A stretch of DNA of 63,602 bases, filler included, from Octopus bimaculoides (GCF_001194135.2; 6 parts of 5 records of this genome joined end to end with filler, not necessarily neighbours in it), one strand, 5' to 3'; positions 24,803 to 37,858 are shown, counted from the first letter of the whole stretch. Notes: generated by a model from the letters alone, not told the origin. Numbers and translations are program-made.

Positions 24803-24805
<3 letters not shown>
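24426..24805. mobile_element. Foldback MITE with exact 21-bp TIRs and long internal inverted arms
   Basis: CAGTATTGCTAGAAATAAGAG / CTCTTATTTCTAGCAATACTG. About 95-bp inner arms (24525-24620 and 24680-24778) are also inverted. Confidence 0.85.
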
Positions 24806-24838
<33 letters not shown>

Positions 24839-24864
24839 AGTGAAATGTTAACTGACTCTTATTT

Positions 24865-24964
24865 NNNNNNNNNNNNNNNNNNNNNNNNNNNNNNNNNNNN
24901 NNNNNNNNTTAATTAATTAANNNNNNNNNNNNNNNNNNNNNNNNNNNNNNNNNNNNNNNNNNNN
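24865..24964. other. Assembly spacer N44-TTAATTAATTAA-N44 (artificial contig join)
   Basis: The same 12-mer embedded in N runs recurs at 24909, 37985, 49328, 59579 and 61448. It carries stop codons in all frames, a known style of linker. Confidence 0.85.
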
Positions 24965-25039
24965 TATGTGTCTGTGGTGTGTGTGTGTGTGGGGGGGGCT
25001 CTTTGTGTGTGTGGATCCTTGTGTGTGTAGCTCCTTGTG

Positions 25040-25095
25040 TATGCCTGTATGTGTATTTCCTTGTATGTGTGTGTATGCATGTATGTGTGTCTCCT

Positions 25096-25126
<31 letters not shown>

Positions 25127-25479
25127 CTCTTTGTGTGTGTAAGCATCTCCTTGCATGTGTCCCCTTGTGAGTATGTGTGTGTGTCTCCATGTGTGTGTGT
25201 GTGTGTATGTGTGTATTTATGTAAAATATATGTAAAGTGCATGATGTGTATGTGCATATATGTGCTTGTGTATATGAATGCATGCGTGTGTTTGCGTATC
25301 TATGCATGTGTGTGAATGTTTATGCATCTTAGTGTCGCCGTTTGTATAAGTATATGTGTATGCACACACAAACATGTATGTAAAGTGCTTGACATGTGTA
25401 TATGTATGTTTGTGGATATATATGTATGTGTATATGTATGTTTGTGGATATATATATGTATGTGTATATGTATGTTTGT

Positions 25480-25523
<44 letters not shown>

Positions 25524-25524
25524 A

Positions 25525-25614
<90 letters not shown>

Positions 25615-25705
25615 CACATATATACATATATATATACATATATACATGTGTCTTTATCTGCTTGCACGCATATGTGTGCATGTTTGTAGTGAAACGAAAT
25701 CTATA

Positions 25706-25740
<35 letters not shown>
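25040..25740. repeat. Compound (TG)n/(TA)n dinucleotide microsatellite field
   Basis: Directly visible. Similar fields occur at 11358-11425, 19025-19090, 26150-26320, 30720-31005, 39885-40225 (GA), 50336-50455, 60000-60150 and 62920-63300. Confidence 0.95.
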
Positions 25741-25741
<1 letters not shown>

Positions 25742-26287
25742 GTTCAAAAACACAATAACAAAAAAACAAAAAAACAACAAAGTGAGGACGTGATATGGAT
25801 AGTATTATTGGACGCTCAGGAAAGGATATATACCACTGCATGAGAGTGTGTCTGTATGTGTGTGTGTGTGTGTGTTGGGTGTAGATTATTTCAATTAGTA
25901 TATTATGACACAGTGTCAATAGCATGACAGGTCTATGCCCCCCCCCCCCCGCCGTTGTTCGCATGGGAAACTTGATAGCCAATTCCATGACCCAGTATTT
26001 AGTTAACCTCTATCTTGATAATATCATAACTGAGAATTAGATAAATAGATAGATAAACAGATAGATAGAGGGACAGAGAGATAAGTGAGGGTGTGGGTGG
26101 GAGTGTTAGAAAGATAAGTACATCAATACATATAAACACACTGCATAGCACCATATGTGTGCGTGTGTGTGATTGTGTATATGTAAATGTGCGTCTCTCA
26201 CTTTATATATATGTATATATATATATATATGTATATGCATATATATACATATATATATCTATATATATATATACATATACATATAAG

Positions 26288-26322
<35 letters not shown>

Positions 26323-27680
26323 NNNNNNNNNNNNNNNNNNNNNNNNNNNNNNNNNNNNNNNNNNNNNNNNNNNNNNNNNNNNNNNNNNNNNNNNNNNNNN
26401 NNNNNNNNNNNNNNNNNNNNNNNNNNNNNNNNNNNNNNNNNNNNNNNNNNNNNNNNNNNNNNNNNNNNNNNNNNNNNNNNNNNNNNNNNNNNNNNNNNNN
26501 NNNNNNNNNNNNNNNNNNNNNNNNNNNNNNNNNNNNNNNNNNNNNNNNNNNNNNNNNNNNNNNNNNNNNNNNNNNNNNNNNNNNNNNNNNNNNNNNNNNN
26601 NNNNNNNNNNNNNNNNNNNNNNNNNNNNNNNNNNNNNNNNNNNNNNNNNNNNNNNNNNNNNNNNNNNNNNNNNNNNNNNNNNNNNNNNNNNNNNNNNNNN
26701 NNNNNNNNNNNNNNNNNNNNNNNNNNNNNNNNNNNNNNNNNNNCATAGAAGCATACATGTGTATATATATTTGTTTGTGTAAATGTGTGTGTGTGTGTAT
26801 GTGTGTGTGTGTGCATGTACAGGAAAGAGAAAGAGAGACAGAAAGAAAGTTAGGTAGTGAGGGAGAGCAATAATACATGGAGAGTACCTGGGGGGGGGGA
26901 GGAAAAGAGTACATTGAAGGAGAGGAAAAGGCTGAGGTGGAAGCCAGAGGAAGGGGAGGGTGAAGGAGAAGAAGTGGAGGAGGAAGAGAAAAAGGAGGAA
27001 GAAGGAGAGGAAGTGGAGGAGGAGGAGGAGGAAGAGAAAGAGGAGGGGGAAAAGGGAGAGGCTGTACACAGCTGATAAAGAATAATAAAACTGGATTAGG
27101 GAAGAAAAGGTAAACAACAGCAACAACAACAACAACATGGATACAAACAACAACAATATCATTATTTGAAGATTAATTATCAGTTTTTTTAAAGAAAGAA
27201 CATTATTATTATTTATTTTTACGCTGAGTTTGTTTTTTCCAGGAGAATAAAATAAAATAATGAGATTTTAGTTAATTATTTTTCATTATATTTTTATATC
27301 ATTAAGCTATATTTTGGGCTGGTTTGTGTGTGTATGCATATATATATATATATATATANNNNNNNNNNNNNNNNNNNNNNNNNNNNNNNNNNNNNNNNNN
27401 NNNNNNNNNNNNNNNNNNNNNNNNNNNNNNNNNNNNNNNNNNNNNNNNNNNNNNNNNNNNNNNNNNNNNNNNNNNNNNNNNNNNNNNNNNNNNNNNNNNN
27501 NNNNNNNNNNNNNNNNNNNNNNNNNNNNNNNNNNNNNNNNNNNNNNNNNNNNNNNNNNNNNNNNNNNNNNNNNNNNNNNNNNNNNNNNNNNNNNNNNNNN
27601 NNNNNNNNNNNNNNNNNNNNNNNNNNNNNNNNNNNNNNNNNNNNNNNNNNNNNNNNNNNNNNNNNNNNNNNNNNNNNNNN

Positions 27681-27715
<35 letters not shown>

Positions 27716-28189
27716 CAAATAGTAAATGAGTATATGCATATATACGTACAGGTATGTGCATACCTACATCCACCTGTATGTATAGGTGCATATCTGGGTA
27801 CAGGACATTGCAAACAAAACGTAGACAAGAAAATAATGATAATCAGAGTACAGAAAACACACAAGCCACATAGAGAACATTTTCCTTCATCAGCTACCCC
27901 CATTTTAACACCGGCGTTTCGAAGAGCTATATATATATATATATATAACTCTATATATAAATACACACTATAAATACATACATATATACACACACATATA
28001 TATGAATATAAATGGCCATTCTGGAGCTCTAGCTTTGGTCGAGCAAATCAATGCCAGGACTTATTTCTAAAGTCTAGTACTTATTCTGTCAGTCTCTTTG
28101 TCAAACCACTAAGTTACAGGGACATAAACATACCAACATCGGTTGCCAAGTGATTGGTGTGGGGAGCAAACACAGACACACAAACATAC

Positions 28190-28236
<47 letters not shown>

Positions 28237-29205
28237 TATATACAACAGGCTTCTTTCAGTTTCCATCTACCAAATCCACTCACAAGGCTTTGGTTGGCCG
28301 GATAGTATAGTAGAAGACACTTGCGTAAGGTGCCATGTAGTGGGACTAAATCCAGGACCATGCGGTTGGTAAGCAAGCTACTTTATCACGCACCCACTCC
28401 TGCATGTAGATGTGTGTGTGTGTACACATGCACGTGCGCATGTGTTCATTACCTACCACCAAGCCTAGTATGTGCTCTAATACTGCACCTCCTATATTAA
28501 CTCTCTGCATATCTCCCTTTTACTCTCTCTTGCTCTCTGTGCAATGTAAAGCGTATCTGGTGAAACCAGCCACTCACCCACCAACCCACCCACCCAACCA
28601 ACCAACTTTCCAGCCAGTTAGCCGACTAATCAACAATTTCTTCAAGGCTTTCATAGAAGATGTCTGACCCCGAAACTATGTGGTTGTAAAAGTAAGCTTT
28701 TTAACCGCACAGCCAGGAATTATAAGTGAAATTAAGATCACAAATCCTTTCAATGGAGACCATTAAGAATAAACTCCATTGGCAGCTAATGAAACTACAA
28801 ATATGGCTGAAACAGCAGCTGAAGATGATCCTCTTTTATATACTGATAGTGAGATTTTATGCATAAAGATTCCCAATTTTATCTGTCAGTGTATATAATT
28901 CATTATTCACATTATGTATATAATTCATTATTCACATTATTTACCCTGTTGTGTCTGGGGAGAGTCCCTATTATTTAAAAGGTTGCAAGAAGCAACAAAA
29001 ATTTTAGGAAAATAAAAATAAGAAATAAGTAGAAATTTTACCAGTGTGTTAAATTATAAGGCATAAAAAGAAGATGACTTTCCCCAGACACAATAGAATA
29101 TGCTTCAACACACGCACTCACATAAAGAATCATGCAAACCAAATCCCAAAAACGAAATACATTATTTTAATTTGATGGATATTTGTCTTCATCTTGTTTG
29201 TTGTT

Positions 29206-29251
29206 CACACAACATTTCGGCTGATATACCCTCCAGCCTTCATCAGGTGTT
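29206..29251 (-). ncRNA. Minimal type-I hammerhead ribozyme motif (repeat-borne)
   Basis: Minus strand reads AACAC-CUGAUGA-A-GGCUG(GAGGGUAUAU)CAGCC-GAAA-UGUU-GUGUG: stem I ACAC/GUGU, intact CUGAUGA and GAAA core, 5-bp stem II. Confidence 0.7.
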
Positions 29252-29348
29252 TTGGGGAAATTTCAAAACTGGGTTCTCATTCCTAAGGTATTTTGCGATA
29301 TTATTATTATACCTTAGGAATGAGAACCCCGGTTCAAAATTTCCCCAA

Positions 29349-29377
29349 AACACCTGATGAAGACTACATTGTGTTAA
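29349..29377 (+). pseudogene. Hammerhead repeat copy with stem II deleted
   Basis: aacacCTGATGAagactacattgtgtt lacks the stem II/GAAA segment. It is the inverted partner of the 29206-29251 copy. Confidence 0.55.
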
Positions 29378-30085
29378 CAAGAAACAAGATGAGGATGAAT
29401 ATCCGTCAAATGTAAATAATGTAAATAATGTACATAATTCCTCATCTCTTAAATATAGAGCAGTGTATATAAATGTTTTTAATTAGTTTATATATGCAGT
29501 GCTGGGTTTATTCTATAGAAATATTTGTGAGTACCATAGTATATATGAAAGAAATATGTATGTATGTCATTGTTCACTTTTCTTTCAAGATTTATAGCCA
29601 ACAGAGAAAGAGCTGGTTTCTAACCTAGATTCAAGGATTTTTCATTGGAATTTCAACATCAACAATAAGGTATTTTGGTATGTATGCATGTATGTATGCA
29701 TGTATGTATGCAGATTTGTAAGTTTTGTTTTACGCATGTATTCTCATGCATATAGTCACATATCTAGACATGTTCATATATATTTAAATCATAAACTTCT
29801 GGAAAGTTTTACAGACTTTTACAGTTCCAGTGATGGACTGGGTCTGTATGTATGTATGCATGCATGTATGTACTTTTTTCTTTTATTTTTTTCAGTCATT
29901 TGACTGTGGCCAAGGTGGAGCACCACCTTTAGTCGAACATATAGACCCCAGGACTTATTTTCGGCAAGCCTAGTACTTTTTCTATCGGCTCTCTTTTGCC
30001 GAACCGCTAAGTTATGTGGCTGCAAACACACCAACATCGGTTGTCAAGCAATGGGGCAGGGATAAACACTTACACGCAAATACAT

Positions 30086-30122
<37 letters not shown>

Positions 30123-30761
30123 AATATATACATGATGGGCTTCTTTCAGTTTCCTTCTACCAAATTCACTTGTAAGGCTTTGGTCGGCCCAAGGCTATAT
30201 TAGAAGATACCTGACCAAGGTACCACATAGTGGGACTGAACCTGGAACCAGGTGGTTGGGAAGCAACCTTCCTACCACACAGCCACTCCTGCACCTATAC
30301 GTATTTATGTATGCTTGTATGTATGTATCTGTCTATCTATCTATCGGCATATATATGTGTGCGTGTCTCTGTGCGTGTATATATATATATATGTGTGTGT
30401 GTATGTGAGTGTGTGATAGAGGGCACAAGCATTTATACATACATGTACACACACATGATGGAAATTTCCACTTTCCAAATTTGACTCTGGTCGGTCCGAG
30501 GCAATAGTAGAAGACACTTGCCCAAGGTTCCATGCAGTGGGACTGAACCTGGCACCATGTGACTGTGTGCTGAGACTGAAGCAGTTGGAGCATGGAAGGC
30601 ACAAGTCAACCATACAAAAACACACAAACACCATAAGCTTCACTTAAACATTCATCCATTATAATATGGTGTCAAAAGTTGACATGCCAGGCGTTCTCAG
30701 TTCACACAGATACATACATATACAAGCATGGATACACACACACACACACACACACAGATAG

Positions 30762-30812
<51 letters not shown>

Positions 30813-31896
30813 CACACACACACACACACAAATAAATATATATATATACACGCACAAGCATACATACACACACACACACACATGCAGAGTCTGAACTGCA
30901 TCAACCATTTCCGCAGATATTCATTGCACACACACACACAGACACACACATAGACATACAGACACAGACACACAGATACACACACACACACACACATACA
31001 TATATATAGAAATATATTCTTTTATCCTTTTCATTTGTTTTAGTCATTTGAATGCGGCCATGCTTGGAGCACAGCCTTTTAGTCAGACAAATCAACCCCA
31101 GAGCTTATTCTTTGTAAGCCTAGTACTTATTTTATCGTTCTCTTTTGCTGAACCGCTAAGTTACGGGGATGTAAACAAACCAACATCGGCTGTCGAGCGA
31201 TGGTGGGTGTGGGGGACAAACACAAACATGCAAACACACACACACACACATACAAATATATGACGGGCTTCTTTCAGTTTCCATCTACCACTTCCACTCA
31301 CAAGGCTTCGGTCGGGCCGAGGCTATAGTAGAAGGCACTTACCCAGTGTGCCATGCAATGGGACTGAACCCGGAACCATGTGGTTCGGAAGCAAGCTTGT
31401 TAACCACACAACCACATACACATAATATTTTCCAAAATACAATGTAATCTTCCCAGCACAGAATTTATTTTTGTGAAGTTATATCACAGCTGTAGTTTTG
31501 AATTCAAACCAAAACTAAACCTGCTTTTAGGTGATTTACAATTTAGAAATTAAAAAAAAAAAAAATGGGGGGAGCGAGGTAGGGGGGGCAGGAGGTGGTG
31601 CAGCCAACGGAAGCAAAGAGATGAGAAGAGAAGCCAAAAATATAATATATTCAAAGGGTTAAATTAATTAAAACTGAAATATCATCAACATCCGTTGAAA
31701 TCCCTCAATATTCATGGGAAAGAGTCTTATGCAGATTAGCAGAAAAGTGGGAGAAGAGAGAAAACGGTGGCGCTGTTTGGATTTGATTTGGGAAATTCAC
31801 TTATGAAATTATCTTTTTACTGATTAAGATAAAGAATTTAATGAAAAAAAAACAAACAAAAAAACAAAGAGACAAACAAATAAATGAATAAATAAG

Positions 31897-31928
<32 letters not shown>

Positions 31929-31999
31929 TATCACTTATATCAGCTACAGACAACAACAAATGATTAAAATTTGAGGTAGTAGTTATTAAAAATTTCTTA

Positions 32000-32048
<49 letters not shown>

Positions 32049-33002
32049 AATCAAAACAAAAAACTGCAGGAAAAAAGTAAATAAATGGATCATATCAGAA
32101 TATTAATTTTTAATTCATATATTTGCATAACAATGATAAAAGAATAAGAGACTCTTTATCTCTTAACACATGTTAAGGCTCCACTTCCCTGACCACCACC
32201 ACCAAAACTACCACCACCACCACTACCAAAACTACCACCACCAACACCACCACAGAGATTGTCCTACATATTATTTTTTTTTGTAAGATTAACTATTTAT
32301 CTAGATAAGTTAGTGTTAATGTATTTAATATAAGGGAACATTAAAAAAAAAATGCTGATTAAAAATAAGGTGGAAGTGGGTGGATAGATGGGGGTTCTAG
32401 AAGGACTAGTAGTATCAATCAATAACTAATATTTATTTTCATGTTTCTAGCAAATGCATAAGATAACCCTGGACATGTTTTGATATTATTCTGACCTTAT
32501 CAGTGAAATTTAGCCTTGACCATAAAATTTTCTGAAACAATAAGGGAAAGAATCACTTAGTTAATGTAGATGATTATGCATGTGGTTTGTCTGACTGTCT
32601 GCCTATGTGCCTGTCAATCTGTCTGTCTATCTATCTGTCTATCTGTCTGTCTATCTATGTATCTATCTATCTATAATATAATATAGGATAAATTCTTTAT
32701 AAGAATTTATCAAGTAGTCAGCGTGAAAAAACCTCATAATGAAAAAATAATGAAAAATTTTGTAATGAAAAAATTCATCGTTTCTTCATAGATATATTTA
32801 ATTATATATAAAGGGCATTAACTGTGTATCAATGCCTCACGCTATCGAGGGACTAAATAAGTAAAAAAAACTACCAAAAATAAGCAACATATTTACCGAA
32901 AGCGAGGGAATGCAGCTTTTCAAAATTTATCTCTTAAAAACATTTAACTCAACGGTAGACCACTGGTTTCTCAATCAAATACAGAAAAAACTGTGAAGTA
33001 AC

Positions 33003-33036
<34 letters not shown>

Positions 33037-33269
33037 GTCTCTCCATGGACTATGGCTGTCTTGAGTTGTTCCACAGCTCACAAATAATTTTTCTTTTTTT
33101 AATAGTAGGTGTAGGCATGGCTGTGTGATAAGAAGCTTGCTTCACAACCACATGGTTCTGGGTTCAGTCCCTTGCAGCGCACCTTGGGCAAGTCTCTTCT
33201 ACTATAGCCTCGGTCTGAGCAATGCCTTCTGAGTGGATTTGGTAGAGAGGAACTGCAAAAAGCCCACCG

Positions 33270-33325
<56 letters not shown>

Positions 33326-35342
33326 TTCCCAAACATTGCTTGACAACCGATGCTGATGTATTTACTTCCCCGTAACTTAGCGGTTTGGCAAAGGGAGGGA
33401 CGATAAAATAAGTACTGGGCTTACAAAGAATAGGTCCTGATGTCAATTCGCTCAACTAAAGGTGGTGCTCCAGCATGGCCGCAGTCAAATGACTTGCAAC
33501 AAGTAAAAGAATAAAAGAATATTGTGAGGTATATTTGCCCCTATAAAGCACATAATGTGTGTCAATAGCCAGCTGGAGGAGATATCTTCCTGGGGCTACA
33601 AGTTACAAGTAACATCAACCCTTAAGGGTTAGCCACATTTAGGTGGCAAATATACTTCATGATGTCGTGCAGCTACTGTTTATAACTCGCTCAGAAATAA
33701 AAGAATAGCATACAGTATTAGCAACAACCAGTGAATTCAAGTACACATGATACACAACATATATGGTGGGGGGGGGATGATAATGATGCAATCCTACTGC
33801 AACAGAAGGACTTGAAGGGCAACCAAGGAACTCCACAGATCCTGAGACATCCTGCTCACCAAGAGCATCATGGTAAGTGTTATTCTCTCCACCATAATTT
33901 TTGACCAGCAGTTGCTTGTTGATAATAGGTCCAGTCACTCATGCCATTCTTCATATATTCACTCATCTTACAAATTTACTGGGAAATTAGAGCAGCTCCA
34001 CCTATTGTACCAAACCTTGCCATTCTATGTAAGGGTTGAAAGTGTCGATGAGGGCTTGGCTGAAAACGAAAGCATCTATTTTTGATCCTTTCAGCAGTGT
34101 CCACCACACAACCTCAGACAGAGGAAAGCTGTCAGCCTTTCTTGTTCAAAAAGATGGTGGGGTGATCTTACGGATAGAGTCAGCCAACAGCTGAAGCAGT
34201 CCTAAGTATGACAGCAACAAGATGACATAACTCCACGAATCAGCAATGATTGAGCAACAAGGAAATGCAGAACAGTTTTGTTGCTCGGCACACATCTTGA
34301 GTAGGCACTGCTGAGGCAGCACCACTTCTGTAGAGTTTGTTCCAGCGGTACTGGTAACGGCCACGTTCAAATGGTGTTTTTTACGTGCCACTTGCACAGG
34401 AGTCAGTCCAATGTTTTGTTCACATACCACCGTCACAAGTGCCAGTAAGGCGAAGCTGGAAACGATCACGCTCAAATTAGTAGCACTGTCCAAGGTACCA
34501 TGCAGGAGGAATGAACCTGAAACCATGTGGTTAGAAGCAAGCTTCTTATCCACACAGCCATGTTTGCATTTTTGATAATACTGATAAATATGTGTTTTGT
34601 ATAGTAATGATAAAACAGTGTTATCGTAAAGAAAAACGAAACACAAAATAAAACACACACACACACACACACACAAACCTCAAGACAAAAGCGATAATAG
34701 ATATAAAATGGCACAATAGAATAACAAAATGCATAAAAGGAATACATGAGTAGATGAAGAACAAAAGTATATGGGAATGGGAATAATATAACAAAACAGT
34801 AAGAATAGATGATGTGAATAACAGAATGCGCAGACAGACAGAATATGGAATATGTGAATGCATTTAGTATAGAGACACAAATTTGAGAATAACATAGCCA
34901 GAATATATTATATACACAAGCAAATAGAAGACAGTGGAATATAAATGAATGGAATGTGGTAATGTATTAAGGAAATATCAAAATACATCGGAATTGTAGA
35001 CAACTTTAAAAAATTATCTAAACAGAAAAACAACCAAATAATGGTTTTCCTGATTATCTTCATCAACTGGAATTTTGTCATTTTATTTTTACCTATCTTT
35101 TATCAGTTATTGTTTGCTTGTTTTCAGTCGTTAGCTGGTGGCCATGCTGGGGCACAGCTGTGGAGTATTTAAGTCGAATGAATTGAAACCAATACTTCAA
35201 TTTGGTATGTGTTCTATCAGTCTCTTTTGCCAGATCACACCAACACTGTTCTATAGTTAAGAAATGAGGAATTATTTACATTATGTACATTATTTACATT
35301 ATTTACATTTGACGGATATTTGTCCTCGTCTTGTTTGTTGTT

Positions 35343-35388
35343 AACACAGTTTTTCGGCTGATATATGCTCCAGCCTTCATCAGGTGTC
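35343..35388 (-). ncRNA. Hammerhead ribozyme motif, decayed cleavage-site segment
   Basis: Minus strand reads GACAC-CUGAUGA-A-GGCUG(GAGCAUAUAU)CAGCC-GAAA-AACU-GUGUU, inside a repeat unit spanning about 35245-35440. Confidence 0.6.
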
Positions 35389-35435
35389 TTAGGGAAATTT
35401 TGAACCTGGGTTCTCATTCCTAAGGTATTTTTCAA

Positions 35436-35489
<54 letters not shown>

Positions 35490-35497
35490 CATTATTT

Positions 35498-35651
35498 GAG
35501 GCCCAACACTCAAAAGAAGCTCAACCACTTTGCCTCTGTGTGGCCCAACACTTGAAATGAGCTCAGCCGTTTTGCCTCTGTGAGGCCTAATGCTTGAAAG
35601 GAACTCATCCACTTTGTTTCTGTGAGGCCCAGTGCTCAAAATGAACTCCAC
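35498..35651. repeat. 42-bp minisatellite, about 3.7 copies
   Basis: The unit gaggcccaacactcaaaagaagctcaaccactttgcctctgt repeats with divergence between (AAT)n tracts. Confidence 0.85.
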
Positions 35652-36379
35652 AATAATAATAATAATAATGATAATCCTTTTTATTATAGGCACAAGGCCT
35701 GAAATTTTGGAGGCGGGGGATAGTTGAATGCATTGACCCCAATGTGTAGTTGGTGCTCATTTCATCAACCCCGAAAGTATGAAAGGCTAAGTTGACCTCT
35801 GAGGAGTCTGAAATCAGAATATGAAGACAGATGGAATTCCACCAAGCATTACATTCGGTGTGCTAACAATTCTGTCAGCTCACCACTTTGATAATAATAG
35901 GAACAATAATAATGATGACGATGACGACATATAAGGAAACCAAAATCCTGTTTGCCCATGGCGCCAACAACTCTGGAGCTGACTCTTGTTCTGGGAACAG
36001 ACTAAAGATAGATGAGTATATCTTTAAGAAGTATGAGATTACAAAATTAACATTCTCAGTTCGTTAGCAACAAGAATGGAATTGCTGCACGTAGAATAAT
36101 CTTTTTCAGAAGATAAAACTTTTTTTTATCAAACTGAGGTAGAATTAATTCTGACAATTAAATAGAATTTCTGAAATACAAATTCTTAAAAGCTCTTTTC
36201 CTTTTTCATTTTCTTTGAATTAATATATCTTTAAAATTAATTTTTTTTCCCTGCTTTTATTTTTATTATTTATTGCTTGTAAATTACAATAATTTTCTGT
36301 TTCTTAAAATTTTCATGAATCCTAAATAGAATGGAATTCTCAGCAAGTTCAAAGATTAACCAAAGAATGGATCCGCAAG

Positions 36380-36465
36380 AGTTGTTCTTATTATCATTGT
36401 TATTGTTGTTGTAGTTGTTGTTATTAATATTACTGTGAATATTATCATTATTATCATTATTATTA

Positions 36466-36497
<32 letters not shown>

Positions 36498-36558
36498 GTT
36501 GTTGTTGTTGTTGTAGTTGTTGTTATTAATATTACTGTGAATATTATCATTATTATTA

Positions 36559-36597
<39 letters not shown>

Positions 36598-36716
36598 GTT
36601 GTTGTTGTTATTATTGTTATTACTATTATTATTATTATTATTATCATTATTATTATTATTATTGTTGTTGTTATTCATCATCATCATCATCATCATCGTC
36701 ATCATTATTATTATTA

Positions 36717-36747
<31 letters not shown>

Positions 36748-36758
36748 CATTATTATTA

Positions 36759-36796
<38 letters not shown>

Positions 36797-36941
36797 GTTC
36801 AGTAGTTTTATTTTTATAACGTGCTTTCACTTCACTACCGAGCGCAGCTCTGTGCGCCTTGGGTATGTGCTGTGGTTTGCTTATTATTATTATTATTATT
36901 AACATTATTATTATTATCATTATTATTATAATTATTATTAC

Positions 36942-37016
<75 letters not shown>

Positions 37017-37030
37017 GTTTATTATTATTG
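36380..37030. repeat. Compound ATT/GTT/ATC trinucleotide microsatellite
   Basis: Directly visible. It produces spurious poly-I/N/L ORFs. Similar tracts occur at 37705-37940 (GAT) and 46878-47140 (AAT/GAT). Confidence 0.95.
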
Positions 37031-37759
37031 GTAAAAATCATGGGAAGAATTCTGTTGACTGGATGAAGATGCAAATGTTTATAATGAATGAAATTATATT
37101 CCATGAATATTGGCATATGTAAGCACCTAATTAAGGTGCTGTTGAAAGAACAAATTAGTGGTCATTATTTCTATGCCTTAATTAAATCTCGTAAGCGATA
37201 AAACTACATTAAGCTTGCAAAATTGTGTTCAAAAATGAAACAAAAGCTAAAAATAAAAACAACAGCATAAACAAAAATAGTACTTTCTACTTTTGGCTCA
37301 AAGCCAGCAATTTTAAAGGGTGGATAGTTGATATTAAATTGATTCCAGTACTTGATTGGCATTATTTTATCAACCCCAATAGGATGACAGCGAAGTCGTC
37401 CTCGGTAGAATTTGAACTCAGAATGCAAGACTGAAAAAATTGCCGCTAAGCATTTTGTCTGGCAAGCTTAGAACAACAATGATAACAACAGCAACAATGA
37501 TAATAATAATGGTTTCAAATTTTGGAATTAGGCCAGCAGTTTTAGGGGTTGGGATAAGTCAGTTACATAGACCCAAATGTTCGACTGGTACGTATTATAT
37601 CAACCCTCATGCAGTTTGAATTTGAAATCTAAATCCAGAAGAAATTCCACTTGGGCATTTTATTCTGGTGTGCTAATGTTTCTGCCAGGCTGCTGCGTTA
37701 ACAAGGATGATGATGATGATGATGATGATGACGACGACAATGATGATGAAGATGATGAA

Positions 37760-37794
<35 letters not shown>

Positions 37795-37827
37795 CAACGT
37801 TGACGACAACGATGATGATGACGAAGT

Positions 37828-37858
<31 letters not shown>

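Noticed and set aside
24909-24920. TTAATTAATTAA palindrome recurring five times
   Set aside because: Always embedded in N44 runs, so it is an artificial linker rather than a homeodomain site or a repeat family.
26857-27075. Glu-rich ORF (EEGEGEGEEVEEEEKKEEE)
   Set aside because: Purine-rich low-complexity DNA with no splice or homology support.
27780-27930. Cys-rich hydrophobic minus-strand ORF (MGVADEGKCSLCGLCVFC…)
   Set aside because: No recognisable homology, and it is flanked by microsatellites. It may be chance.
26093-27993. Long ORFs (up to 319 aa) over 26-28 kb, and likewise at 38.2-39.4 kb and 45.9-46.6 kb
   Set aside because: They are open only because of N runs and (TA)n/(CA)n microsatellites.
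31765-31780. GGTGGCGCTG partial CTCF-like motif
   Set aside because: The 5' half of the CTCF consensus is missing, and a single partial match is not significant.
33700-34260. Possible LINE 3' relic on the minus strand
   Set aside because: Too degenerate to assign motifs with confidence.
37105-37200. Cluster of TAATTA motifs including the near-palindrome agcacctaattaaggtgct
   Set aside because: TAAT cores are expected by chance in DNA this AT-rich. An enhancer call needs conservation data.
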